This document shows positions 40,029 through 55,963 of a stretch of 64,000 bases of DNA, piece after piece. Source of the DNA: Auanema rhodensis (Eukaryota; Animalia; Nematoda); the NCBI GenBank assembly GCA_964057225.1, contig OZ059895.1, forward strand, positions 7,440,001-7,504,000, in the 5' to 3' direction. Both the position numbers and the translations under genes were made by a program. The notes beneath the pieces were generated by a model. It worked only from the letters and a program-made list of their open reading frames with translations. It made no database searches and was not told the DNA's origin. The stretch's first letter is position 1, and each line of letters opens with the position of its first letter.

Positions 40029-42402
40029 TTAACTGCTGAGTGATTGAATACTGAAAAAGTGATTGTACAGCATAGTATAGTATCGAATATTTTGGAAAAC
40101 GGTGCTGCAGTTGAATATTACGAATTTCCATCAGATCTGTGAAGCATATTATTTTTGGGGTTTAATATCACATCTTGCAGACGTGGATGGAACTTCATTC
40201 GATGAATTACAATCGGTTGGTGGTGTGTTACATACACCCGATGTCCCCTGATAAAATGAGTTTTGACTTTCAGATTTAAATTGGTTCCTGAAATAAAATT
40301 CATTATACGAAAAAACATAAAAAATGATGTTGATTATAGAGTATTTTAATTAATGATACATACGGTTCATTTGAATGCGTTTCTTGATTTGAACTGTTAT
40401 AATAGAACATCTTTTTACTTCCATTCGTAACTCGATAGGTTGTAGCGGATTTTTTATGACCCAATAACATATTGGCTGGTAATGGTGCCTTAGAATCTTC
40501 GATCTTAACATAGGCAAATGTATAAGCCGGTGATGTTGTTTTCTTACCCTCATTTTGGCAGACGATGTCATTATATTTAGAGGGCTCAATTGGCGCCTTT
40601 TAATAAATCTATCATTAAAATATTCTAACAAAATATACCTTGGTTTTGCCCCTGATCTGAAGAAATATATAACTTAGCTTATTTAAGCTAATGGAACTAA
40701 CTTGAAATTAGCTGAAAAAGAAGAAGCCATTGAATGTTTTGGTGGATTCCCTGCTCCTATGAATGGCGATGAATTTGAAACTGTGGAAAATACCTTAAAG
40801 TTAGTATAATAGTAACTTTCAGAAATGTATGTTCAAACCTGGTGGGGATTAGCAAAATTGCGAACGACACCTTGATTTGTAGTAACTTTAGGCTCAAACT
40901 TCAAAAGACTTGAAGGTGATTTCACATCGAGAATTTGTTGCCTACTTGCTCGTTGTTGAACCTGCTATAACTTATACATTTAATATACGAATGATTATTT
41001 ACTTGATATGCTCGAGAAGTACTCTCTCCAGTAGATTTTTGATTTTTCATCTGGCTCTGAAAACAGCGTCTTCACATAGTTCAGACAACAGCTTTAATTT
41101 TAAAATTATGGCCGTTAGGTCACTATTATATAACATAAAATAGTTTCAAAGACCTACATAAACCTAAGAGTTATATCCTTACCTTATAGCCTAGCTCTGC
41201 TTTATATAACGAAGCAATGTCAGTTATAACTGTCAGCATGTCACTAATGGTCAGTGAATCTAAGGAACCAATAAGTCCTTCGTGTAGCGCGAGAACTACT
41301 GCACCTATCCTATGCAAAATCGTAATATGTGGAAAAGCTACAGTTATATCTGCGAAAGGACAACACTCAATAATATTGAAAGTGTATGTCAGAGAATCGA
41401 AAAGGTCTTTCAAAAATGTCGGCGATGTTACATATGTTGATTTGCGCGACCTCATTTTGTAAGCGTCAACTAAGCTTGAGACAGCATACAACACCTGGTT
41501 GTCAAAGCTTAGAGCGTCAGGGAATAGAATCTAGAATATGACCAGATTTATAACTCATTCAAATATGCTTACTCTGTCCAATCTGAGAAAACGAAAGCAA
41601 TATTTGAACATCGAATTGAACTTACCTCACTATCTCATCATTCTTGAAAAATTCGATTAAGAGCTGAAAATAAATATTAAATACCAAGCTGGAAACATTT
41701 CCTAACACGTTCAGAAGAGTTCAGCGGCTCTTCTTGAGTAGGTAGTTCGATTTTTGGCCTAGATATTAAATAAATACTTTATATATCATATTTCAAACAT
41801 AAACCGAACTTAATACTTAATAGATCAGTCCTGGTGTCATAGATTTTGTTAATTTTCCTTTAAGAGATGTATTTTCAAATAGGATTTTGTAATAAACTGA
41901 CTCAATTATTTCTGGTTTATAATAAGGAATAATTTCGGATTCTTTTTTCATTTTTTTTTTTACAATTGGTTGTACTCTAGGCGTTTCTATTATTTTATCA
42001 ATCTCTGTAATATTTAATATTAAAAAAATTAGTAACCGCGGTTCTACTTGGCATATCAGCGAACTCATTTCTTTTGCGTCCCCGCTTTTTTAATGCAAGT
42101 GATTTAATATTCTTAAATTGTATATCATCATCCGTAGGACTTAACTTCACATTTATATATTGAAGATGCTCGAACTTTCTGAAACGTTTTTTATTTGAAA
42201 TACAAAAAAAAAATTATTCCAACTCACCCAGTTTCTAATAAACTTTCAAAGTCCGGATGTACAACAGGTAAATGGTTTTCATCCGGTGGAAGGAACTGGA
42301 GCTTAGAATCAATTAAAAAACCTAATTAACAAAACTTACATCTACTCTAGTTTTGAATTTTTTAAACGGTGGACAAGCATCGGAATTAACAAAAATGCTC
42401 AT
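40029..42402 (-). CDS. Uncharacterised multi-exon protein with Pro/Ser-rich C-terminus
   Basis: Regular ~45-nt GT-AG introns on the minus strand from MSIFVNSDACPPFKKF; open exons such as 41171-41494; no family recognised. Confidence 0.5.
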
Positions 42403-43009
42403 ATTTAGCAATTAAATTAAGTTTACTCGTGACCAAATATGAACGTTAATGCGAAAATGCTTTGTTCAACTTACCTTACTTTTACGATTTATGATTTGTG
42501 TTTACATATTACAAACTACAAAGTAAATCATTACCCTCCTAAATTCTTCGTGTTCTTCAGTTATTATTACAAGATAGTTTTAATATATTCAAAAATAAAC
42601 TTTATTATTTATATTGTAGAAAGATATTATATAATATAATGTTTCGCGTGTTCTAAAGAAAAAATATAAATTTATTGAAAGAAAGAAATTATATTTATGT
42701 TACACGTTTTGCATATTGTACAACAATTAGGTAAAAAGAGGTCATTATTCTCTAAATAAGTTTGTTAAGGTTTTTTCAAAGATTTCTACAATCAGGATCT
42801 AAAAATAAAACAAATCAAATGGAAGCAATGTAAACGTAATAAGTGCACATGTAATCAAAACAGGTAAATACCCTAATTAATTGTGTGTGAATTAATGAAT
42901 CTTAATATTAGGCAAGGCAAAAGGTTTAGATACAAATCTATGTACAAAAAAAAATTTGAGAGAGCGAAGAAAATAATCAACGAACAATATATAGTATACG
43001 ATGATGTTA

Positions 43010-46000
43010 TTAGATTTCTTCAATCTCAATATTGTATCGAAGCTGCTTAGCTGAGAACCAGGAATAATAGTTGTCAAACTCTATTACATCTGTAAATATA
43101 TCAATATATAACATTTATGCATGAAGAACTTACAGTTTCCGGATTTCTCAGCAACATAGTGACCACTTACAGGCACATTGGTGCATTCCAGTCGGATGTA
43201 TGGGAAGACGGTTTCCATCTCTGTGAGATTATCGGCTTTGCTCGATGGATCGTAATGAATCTCGAAACCGATATCATCTTCTTCAGTCATGTATTGCCAA
43301 CTATAGTTATATTTTAGTTTTTATATTATAAAATTTTAAATATATACCAAATCTTGCTGGGCTCAGTGATCTTGATGGAAATTAAATGTTTGTCACCAGC
43401 ATATACAGTGGTAAGCTGATCGTAATCAGGCATAGCATACTTGGAATCAACGAAGTAATCTTCTGGGATCGGTCCAATACCGTATCTATAAGAGAAAATA
43501 GTTATTTAGAAGTTGATTCAGAAGTGTCGTACTTAATGATGGATGGGCATTTAGGATCACCATTTTCAATACGGCTTCCACCCCAATGCATTGGCCAAGC
43601 ATCCAAATCAACATATTGAGCCAGAGCCCACATCCAGTCGGCCTTAAAACATATTCATTACTCAATTAGTAATAGTTTTCTTACCTCAGATGGCATTTCA
43701 ATTAAGCGAGTAATAGGATCGCTGAGAATAGCAGCAATTGAAGCATAGGCAATACGTGCCATTTCTGGAGCTCTGAAAAAAAAACTGTTTATGAATACAA
43801 TACCATCTTTGTTTGCCTGATAATCAAAATTTTTCTAAGAATCATTGGGTAATGCTCTTGGAATAGTGTAACCAATGTAGTGAAGGTCGAAGCAAATTGC
43901 TTGGATGAGAAGTGTGCAGAGCTGATGTGATCTAAATCGAAGACTAGCATCATCTGCTCAAAAGGTCTACCAGTCTGAAAAACAAAATTATAATGAGAAA
44001 CTAATAATTTCAAGATACCTGTTGAGCTCTCATTTCACAGAGTTGGAGACCTTTTTCAATGGCCATCAACGAGAACTTGATGTAATCAAGAGATGCCACA
44101 GACTTTACAAGTCCTGAAATTGATAACTTATCAATAATGTATTGAGTTAATAAAGTTTAAAATGATTAAAATTTCATGTCAAATATCCAAGTTCTTCAAA
44201 TTTCTCAAAAATGACCGATTTCAAAATAAAGTTTAATGTATAGTCTGATCATATATCTCTCTAAAACCTAAAAAAAGAAACAAAATGTGTTTTAGAATGA
44301 TTCACTTTGAATCAAATCATATATTCTTCTAATCATTAAAATCTCTGTACAACCTGTTCAAAAAATGAGAAAACATTATATAATTGTTATCGTTTCTTTC
44401 TAGAAAATTCCTCTTGATGATGAGGTCCATTTCTCTCTCAGAAAAGGAGCAGATTTATCTCGATAATCACGATTTTATTTAATCATGTGATGTTGATACA
44501 GTTTCATCGACGGGTCTTCAATTTCATAAGCCTTTCAAAATGATTGAACAAGGACAGTATGAGATCTTTATCGTTCAAATTCATTTTGAAAATAATTCGT
44601 AAAAGAACAAAGTTCAATTATTTCAAAGACAAAAAAACCGATTGACATACCTTCTACATCAGTATTTCCGAGAAGAGACATCAAGATTGGACAGCCATCT
44701 TTATCAGGAAGATATCCATATCCGCAATATTTTTCCAAGCACTGAAATCATAAATTATATACAAATCAAGGAAAAAGATTATTTAAGTGAAAATCTTTTT
44801 CAAAAATGTTTCTAAGAAGTTTTGTGGAGATGAAGCTTTAATTCCTTTATCTAACAACGTACATCGAGAGATACATCGATAAGTATCTTATAAACTACGA
44901 AATTCCAATTCTATTTGTATATATATTAATATATATTAATATATATTCCATAATGTTTTAAAATGACCCCTTTCTCTTCGAAATATCTTCGGCTTATTCC
45001 TCATCCTTTCTCCTATCATGCTTTGCGTTTATCGCTGATTTTAACATGACATCATTTATATTAAAAAAAGGGATAGTTTATCTCGATTTGTTATTGGTCA
45101 AAAACTAACTATATATTCATGAATGTTCGTTCAATAAGATCAGGACATAGCTACAAAGATTTCTATCAAAACGACACAACATATAGATATTGAAAGATGA
45201 GTGAAACAGGGCTGCACGATATTCCAAAAAATGTTGAGATATTTTTTTATCTCCTCGTGTCTTTATGCCAGCATACATTTGAACATAAGATCAATTTTAG
45301 AAAAAGATCAAAGCTTGTATTCCCCCTCCCATCCAGCATCAAAACCGTCATCGTATAAGCATCATATTTGAGCGTACGCTTAAAATCTCTATCTCTCTCT
45401 CTATTTTCTAAAAGTTATAATAAAGAAAGCGGTTGCATTCATTTCGCGTTTTGCAGCTTCAGGATTTTGAACAGATCAATGAAAAACAGCATATTATCTA
45501 TAGAAGTTGTCATTTAACTACTTGACCTTGAGATAAAGGCTAGTAGTAAACTATGTCGTTGATGTATTAGTCATTTCGCTCACGTGCTGAAATGAGCTAA
45601 AACATGTTATTTTGGTGGTGACCATACATGAAGTATCGAACTTGATGATTATCATGATCAAGAAAAAAAATATATATATAATAGTCTTTTGTCCTTATTG
45701 AAATCAAAGAACGTCCAGACGATACCTCTTTTCGGTTTAATGAACATGAAAATCGAAATAATTCATATAAAAAAAACCGATTTTTATAAGCATGAAAAGC
45801 ATAACTTAAAAATTGAAAACTTTATTTTTTTCAAATCCAGAATTTCAAAAGAAAAAAGATAATCAGTCACTCTCCTCCACCCTTAATCGAAAATAGATTC
45901 TTATTAAAATGTTTTCATCTTTTATAAGTCAAAGTACACTTTATGATCTCTCAATGAAATAGGAAATCCAAAAACAACCACATTTTTGGTGTTCAGTATG

Positions 46001-48693
46001 TCACTGTTGGGATTGCCTTGAATATGAAGCTATCAGCAAGTTTTTTCATTTAGCAGCTTTGCCATCACATTACAATCATTTTGCCAATTCGTTCTATCAA
46101 TCCATACACGGAAACAAGTTGAATAGCATTTCCAAGTTTCAGGTTTTTATCTGGTTCTACTAACATTTGCGAAGCCATCGTTGTCGTCGTTCATTTATGG
46201 GATCATTAGATTTCTCACGTACATCCACGTGGGCTAATCAATCAGATTTCATCTTGTACTTGTCGAAAAATTATAAAATGCAACTTTAGAAAGAAGAAAT
46301 ATCACAAAGATCAAATGTTAGCCAAAAATCGGGATTCTTCCATCAGAACCGTTGATAGCGCAAGAAAAAACACAAGAAAACAAACTTTTAACATTTTGAT
46401 ATCAGAAAAACGCTTTTTCTCATCTGATTCGTCAAGAAGTTGTAATAATTCCTGCGAATTTTTTTTATTCGTTTCTGAATGATGATTTTGCCATTGGGTG
46501 GCGGTTAAAGGCTTTCATCGTAAAATAACTTTGAAAAGGCCAAGGAAAGAAAAATATGAATTAGTTGGAAAGAGTGGCCAGAAACTTGAGAATTATCTAG
46601 TTCAGAGACGATTTAACTAGTTTCTCTAATCTAAAACACAAAAAGGATTCATAAACAATATACTTCAGTGAAGGGTATACCCTATTCTTAACAAATTCAT
46701 CAAAATGATAAATGAGAATCGAAATAAAAGAATTATGAAATTTTGAAGAGAGTATGCAATATGTAGTGTGCACATACCTCTGGTGCTTTCCAATTCTCAA
46801 TTTCATCCAATTCCCATGCTTTACGAAATACTACGTGTTTCTTCAGTCCCTCGGCAGTTTCATCAAAACGGTGATCACGACTTCTAAGCCATCTCAGTAC
46901 ATAGTTGTCAGATAAACATTCAATTTGAGGCAATATAGTCCTGAAACACAAGTTGTCAATGTAATCTGTTATACATTAGAAAAGGTGTCAGTATCATAAT
47001 CAATATGTTGCTCAAGTTCAAAATAGTCCCACGTGGCTTTCCCAATAGTAACTTCTCGGAAACGCATGATACAAAAAGAAGAGTACCAAGGTCAATCTTC
47101 TATTTTCATTTTTTTCAATGCACGTACTTGTAAGAAAATAATTCGAGAGCTATAGAATCGGGTTCTTTCAATTGTATTTCAAGCAGTGTAACTGTACTAA
47201 AATTCTTGATTTTTATTTTTCTTCTTACTCTATTTTGAAAATAAATTCCAATTTTAAGTGTTGTATTGTTATGATGCAAAACAAATTTAAGGTAAGAAAT
47301 CAGGTAAAAATATCAAATTGTGTTGTTTGTAAACAGCGGTCAGGATCTAAGTAATTGTAATTCAAAATCTCTCTTGATTGATATCACAATGAGACATTTT
47401 TGACTACAAAACACTACGTGATACTGAAAGTATGAGAACCTGAGGTATAAATTGACTACATTTCGATCATATGGTTCCAGATGATATCGGTTACGGAATA
47501 GATACTACTAAGTGTCATCGATGATCATCTAGATGTTTGACGTCATGCAGATTCAACGTTTGATTTCGGCAAGAAGTTGATTTTATGTTCTCTCTAATGA
47601 ACGTCTGAACCCTGTAGCAAAGCGATAATATGTCGCACTATGGAAAACAAAGTAAGCTGTCTAATAGAAAATGTGATGAATTATATAGAAAGTTTTCCCC
47701 GGATTCAACTAGGATGGAGGCCAAGGCTTCTTAAACCTTTCGCAACGAGGTTAGGACTAGATCTACAATGTTTACAGTCATTTCGAAAGATGTTTCTGAC
47801 CGGACGAAGTTGTTATTTGAATCAGTTAAGGCGAAAATGAGAATGCACGTCATCTGGTCAAATTCAGATGACCACCAGTACACAATAAAAGTATTCATAC
47901 GCAAATTTCTATATTATCCAGAATAGTAAATGTGGAGGAAATAGATAAGAGAATGTTAAACTAAATTGGAAGAGTACAACCAAAAAAATCTTGAGATGAC
48001 AAAACATTGGGAGCGACAGACAGTCAGGTTTTGAGAAATTTTCTTTTACCTAATATGCAGACATAGAGAAGAGAGATATTTCTGAAGAGGGAGGAAAAAG
48101 ACACCCAAAATAGCCCAAGGTCAGGCCAACACTCCGATGATTTCACCTCTACACAACGCCGCAAGGTTTCTGATTAGTGGCACGAAAGTTTGCAAGACTT
48201 CGAGAGGAACAGACGGATACATCTTTATAAGACGTAGATTTTATATCAGGCTCAAAAATCTAGGTTGGTACCACTCCGATATGTTCCAAAATAATGATCA
48301 AAATTTCAAAATGACAATAGGTCAAAGTATCATTAAACAGGTAGTTCATCCTAGATTCCCTTTGTTAATCTTCTCATTTTGAAATATCAGATTGTAGTAG
48401 TATAAATATAATAAAACTATAGAATGCATGAAAATAATAATAACTATTGTTAAGAAAATGAATAGAAACGATAAATGATCGGAAAACTCAGGTATTGATC
48501 ATTTGATTAAAATACAAAAGACTGTAGTCCAGAAGATATCAAAACACGAAGCTTTTTATGAATATAACTATATTTGTTTGAAATTTCTTCGTTATCTCAA
48601 AATTCAATGCTCTTACCTCAAATCTTGAATAGCTTGTTGCTCCTCAGAGGAGATAGGTCTGGTCGGCGTCAGGGTTGCGTGCATTACTGCCAT
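43010..48693 (-). CDS. SEC14-like CRAL-TRIO plus GOLD domain lipid-transfer protein
   Basis: DNYVLRWLRSR..LKKHVVFRK, DKDGCPI, LVFDL, FQEHYP, WPMHWGG, EDDIGFEI, EFDNYYSWFSAKQLRY; large 5' introns. Confidence 0.88.
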
Positions 48694-49142
48694 GCTGACG
48701 CTCTCGTTGTCTGCCAGTCTTCTAGTGGTCTGATCACCTCCCTATTTTAAATACTATTTCTTGAGATTCAAGAGAAAGAGAGAGAAACAGTGCCTGTAGT
48801 GGCCCAGCCCCCTTTCTGGCCAGATCCTCCCCCTACCCCTCTTTCCTTGCTTTGGTGCGATCGACTGATGATGCTGATGGTGAAAAGTCGACGTCGACGT
48901 CGTCGTCGCCTTCATGGTCCTCGTTCTGTATCCATCCGTACAGCTATTCTCTCTCTCTCTATCTTTCCCTTCCTCTCAAACGTTCTCACTCTTTTAGCCA
49001 CAGCCAGTCAGTCAACCAGCACAGCCGATGACTTCTATAGCCTTGATCCAACTCGTTCTCTTTATATCTCTGCATTTTCGTCCCTCTTCTCTCAATCAAA
49101 TGTAATAGAGAGAGAAAAAGAGGAGGAAAGAATAAGAGAAAA

Positions 49143-49148
<6 letters not shown>

Positions 49149-49181
<33 letters not shown>
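49149..49181. repeat. (AG)n microsatellite upstream of the SEC14-like gene
   Basis: About 16 AG units. Confidence 0.9.
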
Positions 49182-49184
<3 letters not shown>

Positions 49185-51639
49185 GGAGGCTCTAATACCT
49201 TCTTCCAGCCTGTAGGGGGGTAGTTTGTCTGCTGAATGTTTCATAATAAGAGATACAAAACAAGAGGCAAAAACTAGAGTTAAGACATAGGAAGACTTTA
49301 AATTCTGGATGCGGAATCAACTATATGAAACAAACGGAATTAATAACACCAAGTTGTATTTCTTGTTTATCCTTCATACACTATCAAGTTTGCCTGAGGA
49401 GTTTGATTTCAAGTTTTTAATAAAAAAAACAGACGTATTACCGGATAAAGCTCTGTACAAGCTTTTATCCGGTATTTATAGTATCACTTAACAATATCTT
49501 TATTTTATTCATAATAACTTATTCTTAAAATAGTCGATGACTCATCTTCATGTTATTTTGCTCTCTTAATGATTGAAACCTTCATTTTTAATTTTAATCA
49601 TAAAAACCGTGACTACTATCGATGGCGTCCGACGGTACGAAACAGCTGCCTTCTAGCTGATTGTAGTTGTCATTACCTTCGGCATCTAAAGTGAAAGTTA
49701 AACATATCTAAAGACGACGACAACTATCATGGCGATACCGGAGCAGGTTTAGCTACCAATCAACATGCCACTTTCCATGATTTCCACATGTCCAAACTTT
49801 AAAATAACACAGCTTGGGTTTCGAAATTATTTCAAGTCAAGGGCAAATGTTTCTTAATAAACCTAAGTATCAATATATACACTTTCGCTATAGATTGACA
49901 TAAAATAATTTGATCAAATTATAATATGATTTCGTTTCAAGATCATATACAATTGAAGGTGATATGTGACAAATTTCACGACCTGATCTGTTGTGATGAT
50001 TTATCAAACAAGCTCGCCCAACCTTTTCCACTTCATAAACTTTCTATATTTCCTTTGAGTTCAGAGATTGATCACATAATTAATTCCTGTTGGTACAGGC
50101 TCTCCGTGATTTTATTAACATTTAAAGAATGTATTGATTATATTTCATTGAATCGTTTAAAGTGTTGATTCAAGTAGCAATTTTAAATATGAGACAATGA
50201 ACTACTTTAGGTAAAAATGTTTTATACAGGATGGCCTTAATCATTTAAAATTATTTTGCAAAAGTTCACGTTTTTCATCATTCTTTCTACCCATCTCTTT
50301 TTATTTTTATGGAGTTGTTGCACATTTGAAATAATTTCACAAATGGAATACCTGTTCCCCGATAAAGATTCCCATGATTTTCTCTGAGAATTACTTGTAA
50401 CAATGACGCTAATCAATTTGATCAACTTGTCAAACAAATTCAAGGAAAAAAGAGAACGGAGATGAAAATTCTGGCTGATCTATGTAGTAATTTTTCAAGT
50501 TCTTTTATGGTAAGAAGTATTGTTTTTGTTTTTAGATATGAACTGATATTGGTTTCTCAGGGAAAGGTCAAACGTACACTTATTTATCTTCTGAAAACGG
50601 TGAAATAGAAAGCTAAAGTGAATATGGTGATTTTCTCTATTAACTTATATCACATGGTCTTATTTCCATTACTGTAAATAGGTTAGAAAACTTGTTCTTT
50701 TATCAAAATATCGGAATAAAAAGACAGAAAATCGAGGAGAATGTCATCAATTGGTTCTTTCTTTAATTTTCATTTAACAAGATAACATTTTCAATTGAAA
50801 ATTAATATCAACCATTAAATTATACAGTTAGCCACAAAAATAATGTAACATATTACAACAGAATGGCAAAATAAAAATGAAACAATCAAACATTAATTAA
50901 TAGAAGGATGAATAATTCGTACAAAGTTTTAAAATAAATTTCTATAGTAGCAAGAATGAGTAAAATCTTACATAATTTCATTTTTGAATTTTCGATTAAT
51001 ACATAAATTAGTGCATTATAAAAAAATGGTACTTGCTGTTTGTGTGTAAAAAAACATTTTTAACATAATTACTATTTTAAGAATAATGAAATTAATTACA
51101 CACTCTTTATTTACTTTAAACAACAATGTATTCGTACTTTTCTACTCTTAAGAACTTTTAGTTATAATAGGAAAATGTACTTTTAAATTTATTTTGCTCA
51201 CCTAATTTAAAAAATTATTAAAATCTAACCTAGAGCAGTGATATACAAAACTAATAATGGAATTTATTGGTACAGGTTTTTTATGTATGAAATCGTTGTG
51301 CCCCAAGGCAATGTACGCAAAGTGCAATATAAATACGTAGTCTGTCGTGCAGGTCGAGAAGACAAGTTGGCTTTAATTAAATATAGCCTATTCATATTAA
51401 TACATATATAGGCTTTTCCTTTCTTTCAAAAAAATTGTAAAGTCATTAAATTCAAGAAGTGGATTAAAATACGGAGCGTGCGCTGTTTACATAGCACGCC
51501 ACATTGATTGCCGGGGATATCCTTATTCTCAGCTTTTTATTGTTTATAATTTATTTTATTCTCTATTCATTCTGTCTATGCAGTTCTTATTTTTATGCAA
51601 TCAATTTTAATCGATTTATGCAAATATATTTTATTTTAG

Positions 51640-53389
51640 ATGGCTAGCCCCCGAACTAGACGCGTTCTTAAGGGATTGAGACCTGTAGATGAGAATAACG
51701 TATTTATAAAACATAAAATTTTATTTAAAAGCTTTAATTTTCAGTTCTGTTTTGAATGCGGTGCGAATAATCCACAATGGGTCTCCGTTTCATATGGAAT
51801 CTGGATTTGTTTAGAATGTTCGGGGCTTCATCGAGGACTTGGAGTTCATTTAAGGTAATTGATGTATGCTAAATTTGATCAATTAACATGTTGTTGGTTA
51901 AGTTTTGTACGATCAGTGACTATGGATAAATGGAAAGATATTGAACTAGAAAAAATGAAGGCTGGCGGAAATGCTAAGTAATGCTTTTTTCTATACTGTA
52001 TTTAACTATTTGTTTGTTTAGATTCCGTGACTTTTTGGAAGCTCAATCTGATTATAATCCAAATTGGTCACTCCAAGACAAATATAATTCCAGAGCTGCA
52101 GCTCTTTTTAGAGACAAGGTTGATTAACATAATTTATGTAAGTTATTGAATTTTTTCTTAGGTTTCAACTGAAGCTGAAGGAAAGACCTGGTCAATATCG
52201 ACTTCCTCAGCGCGCAATTATACTCCAAGTGTTGTTGGTGGAAGTAGTAGTTCACAAAGCAAACCTAAACAGGTAAAGAATCCTAGATATACTTCCAATG
52301 TTCAAGATTCTAGACTCAAAACAGTAGTTTATCTTCCTATTATGGAGGAAATTCTGGTTCATACGGTGAGGGAGGTTACAATGGTTCAGGGGGAAACTAC
52401 AGGTAATTGTTTTACTTTTTCAATTAAGAATTTTATTGTATTGGTATGTTTAGTGATAATAGATACCAAGGTTTTGGAAATACTAAGGACCAGCCACAAT
52501 TTAATCAATCTGATGATTTATTATCTGGAGCCATGAGCTCGCTTTCAATGGTATTATTTGATACGTAAATTTTTCTAATTCAAATTTTAGGGATGGAATA
52601 TGCTTTCAAAGGGAGCTTCACAAGCAGCTGCAATAGCTAAAGATGTTAGTTTTCAAGCCTCACAAAAAGCCACTGAAATAACCGGGAGCATGGTATATTT
52701 TATTTAAAAAACTCAGTGTACTATTATTATATTTCAGTCTCAAAATGGTAGTTTACTTTCCGGTGTAGCCTCAAAAGCAACCGAGATTGGAACTAAATCG
52801 TGGGGTGGATTATCTGATTTCGTTAAATCACCTTCGCTGCAAGGTATTGGAAATATTCTTATTAAAGGGTAAGTGGAGCATATCGTTTTTTTGTATTTTT
52901 AATTATTCTCAGGGGATATGAAGATATGAATAGTCCAACTACTGGCCAATCTGATGGATTTGGATCAAAATCCGGAACTAATTTCAGTGAAGATTGGGGC
53001 AGTTTCTCCACTAAGGAAAGTACAACAACTGAACGAAATTCCAGCGAAGGTTTTTTTTTTAAATTATATTCGCACGTATATATTTGCATTCAGAACCAAA
53101 GGCAAATGTTGCTCCTAAGAAGAAAAAGCAGCCAAAATCTGAAACTGCCCCTGCTCCAACACCGCAATCTTTGATTGATCTCAATTCTCCTGAAGGTAAC
53201 AAAGACTGGTACACTCATTCTTATTCTTTTGTTGAAATAGATTCATCAACAATCGCTCAATTCGAAGCTTCTGTAAGCAAATCTAGGGCTGCTGCAGGAA
53301 AGACCAAGGCAGATGTTAAGACAGAGGCCAAAAAAGCAGCACCAAAGAAGGATTGGGATGATGATGCTTGGGACATATTAAACCAATGA
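51640..53389 (+). CDS. ARFGAP1: ADP-ribosylation factor GTPase-activating protein 1
   Basis: [61 protein letters not shown]-like [11 protein letters not shown]-terminal WDDDAW. Confidence 0.93.
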
Positions 53390-53771
53390 TAAGCTTTTGG
53401 GTAATGTCTTCATTTTCTCTATAACCATAATGGTGTCTGTGCCTTTTTCATCGACCCCCTCCCCGCTATTTCCATCTTTCCTCTTGTCGATATGAGTCTA
53501 ATTTATAATTTATATATAAAAACCTATCAAAAACTTTTACAGATTTTTACTAATTTATTACGTAAGTCATTTGGGATCTATCAATTAGATTGTGGTGTAT
53601 ATATAGTATAATGAAATAATCCATAAGTAACATCTTTCCATTCCTTTCATTACTAGAAAAATTAAGTAGACTCGTGCTACTGTTCCATAGTCGCATCATT
53701 CTTTGCCGCTGCTTGTTCAGCATATTATTTATAGATTCCTTTCTCAAATTCCATCAAATATAATAAATTTT

Positions 53772-55963
53772 TCATTCTTCATCTTCTTTCTCTTTGTGTC
53801 GATTCACCATAGATGTTACATCAGTCTCAATGTTGCGTAGAGGCTTACGAAGGCGCGCAGCAAGCTAAGATTTCAAGGTTTTTGAAAGACAGGCAGAAAT
53901 ACGTACCTCGATCTGATTTGTTAGGGCAACTTCATACGGAGTTCTTACAAAGGAAGTCACGGAACCCAAAAAGCGCGATCCTAGTCTGCCAACTCTACCA
54001 ATTCTAAAAAGAGAATTAAATAAGGAAGGTCAAATACCACAAAGTTGCCTATGAACAAAATCTACATTGTGTCTAGCCATATCGTAGTTTATCACATGAC
54101 GTAACCGTGGCAAATCTAACCCTCTTAAAAACAGAATTCTTTAGGATCAGTAAAAAAACAACCTCGAAGCAGCATCAGTAGCTACCAATACTCGATAATC
54201 CTCTATCATTGATTCATTGAGTTCTCCAGTCCAAAGTAGAGATTTCACTTTTGCGGTCTCTAAGCTTTCGTGAACAAATTTCGCCGTTTTTTTATCCTAA
54301 AACAATTTTCCAAGAAACAGATTTATATATAGCAAGACCTTGCAGAACACGAGCGATTGGTTATGTTCTCCCCGTTTAAGATCACTTTCTAGAATATTCG
54401 ATAGACGATTCAATTTATCTTTTTCTCTCGTTCTACAAATTAATGAACTTATTTATAACTTAAAGAATATCTTACCTAATAAAGGTCATCTCAATGTTCT
54501 TTAAAATACTGTGCAGATTCTTGCTTTTGATATAACTCAAATAAGGGCGATCAACTACTCCTTCTGCTATACATTCAAGTTCTTCTGGACAAGATGCCGA
54601 GCAGAAAATAATTCTAGCTCCTTAAAATAACACCATTTAACGATTTAATTTTTTTTCCAAATTTACCTTCATGTTTCGGTAGAGTAATGTTTGTTTCAGA
54701 ATGTGCTATAGGTACCATTGCGAAAATGTTGGTTAAAACATCAGTAAAACCTTCGTCGAGAAGCATGTCAGCTTCATCAAATACCATCTTGAATAATTCA
54801 ATATTTTATAAAAAAATAAAAATCTCACCTGTTTCACATTAGAAGGGTTTTCTAAGGCACTCAAAGCCTCTTGTACTAAGCCAGGTGTTCCAATCAAAAT
54901 ATCCCAGTCCTGAAAAAAAAGAGTAACGTTTATGATTGAGGTATTTAAAAACCTCATTAGTCTGTTGTCCCTTTTCACACATGGCGACCCGGACGCCAGT
55001 TCCAAGAGAAATTGTTTGGAATACGGAATGAATCTGCTGTTTCAAAGCGGCAGTAGCTGTGATTACAATAGCTAGAAGGAGATTTATATTTGTTAATGTT
55101 ATTAGAACTTATACCTTTTTCTTCTTTCTTTGACTTTCGGTTTCGAAGTGCCCAACTTATTAAAGGAGCTGCGAAAGCAACAGTTTTTCCGGAACCAGTC
55201 TCTGACGCTATGAATAAATGATTCGTTGATAAAAAGCTATGTAAGCATTGTACCTTAAATAAGTGAATTTTGAAATTATAAAACAATAAACACAAACTTG
55301 AACACCAAGCGGTTCATATAATTCCATACGTATTAGCGAATTCATTACTTCTTGAGATAACTTATCTGGTATAAAATCATTCCATGATGATAAACTTTGA
55401 GATAAAGAAGGTACATTCTAAAATAATATCTCAAAATATTAGAGTATGTTTCATGTCAATGAACACCTTGCATTGTCGCTTAATCTTAAACCAGTAATTA
55501 CTGTATTTGTTTTTTGCCCAAAATTGGCTGCACAGTTCCACCTTGGAACCACGAGGAATTGAAAAATCAACAGTTTGATTAAACTTTTGATTTGAACACT
55601 CTGAAATAAATTATAACTTATCAAACAAAGCTATCGTGATCGTACCAATAAGTAGAGGAGTTTTTGTAATAAGAGGATCGTACTCTTGTTCCTTAATAAT
55701 ACGTGCAATCTTTTTTTTGGAAAGCCCGCTCAACGGCACCGAAATAACTTTGGTTTGCTTCGGTTTCCTATTAATTTCGTCCATTTTTGACAAAGCTTTC
55801 GGATTAACCATTTTTTCCAAGGGGAAACTGCCATCGGATAAGTTACCAAACTATTTTTAAAAACTACAAATAAAACTCAAAATGAATAGGGAATACATAC
55901 CTCATTAGACGTTATTCGTTTACAATAACTTCGGGCAAGTATATTGAAACACCTTGATCTCAT
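53772..55963 (-). CDS. DEAD-box RNA helicase, DDX28-like (mitochondrial)
   Basis: ASETGSGKTVAF, DILIGTPG, DEADMLLDEGF, SAS, ATDAASRGLD, HRIGRVGR; N-terminus resembles a mitochondrial presequence. Confidence 0.82.

Noticed and set aside
48790-49185. 131-aa ORF with RE repeats
   Set aside because: Product of CT/AG and GTC microsatellites upstream of the SEC14-like gene; GTG start.
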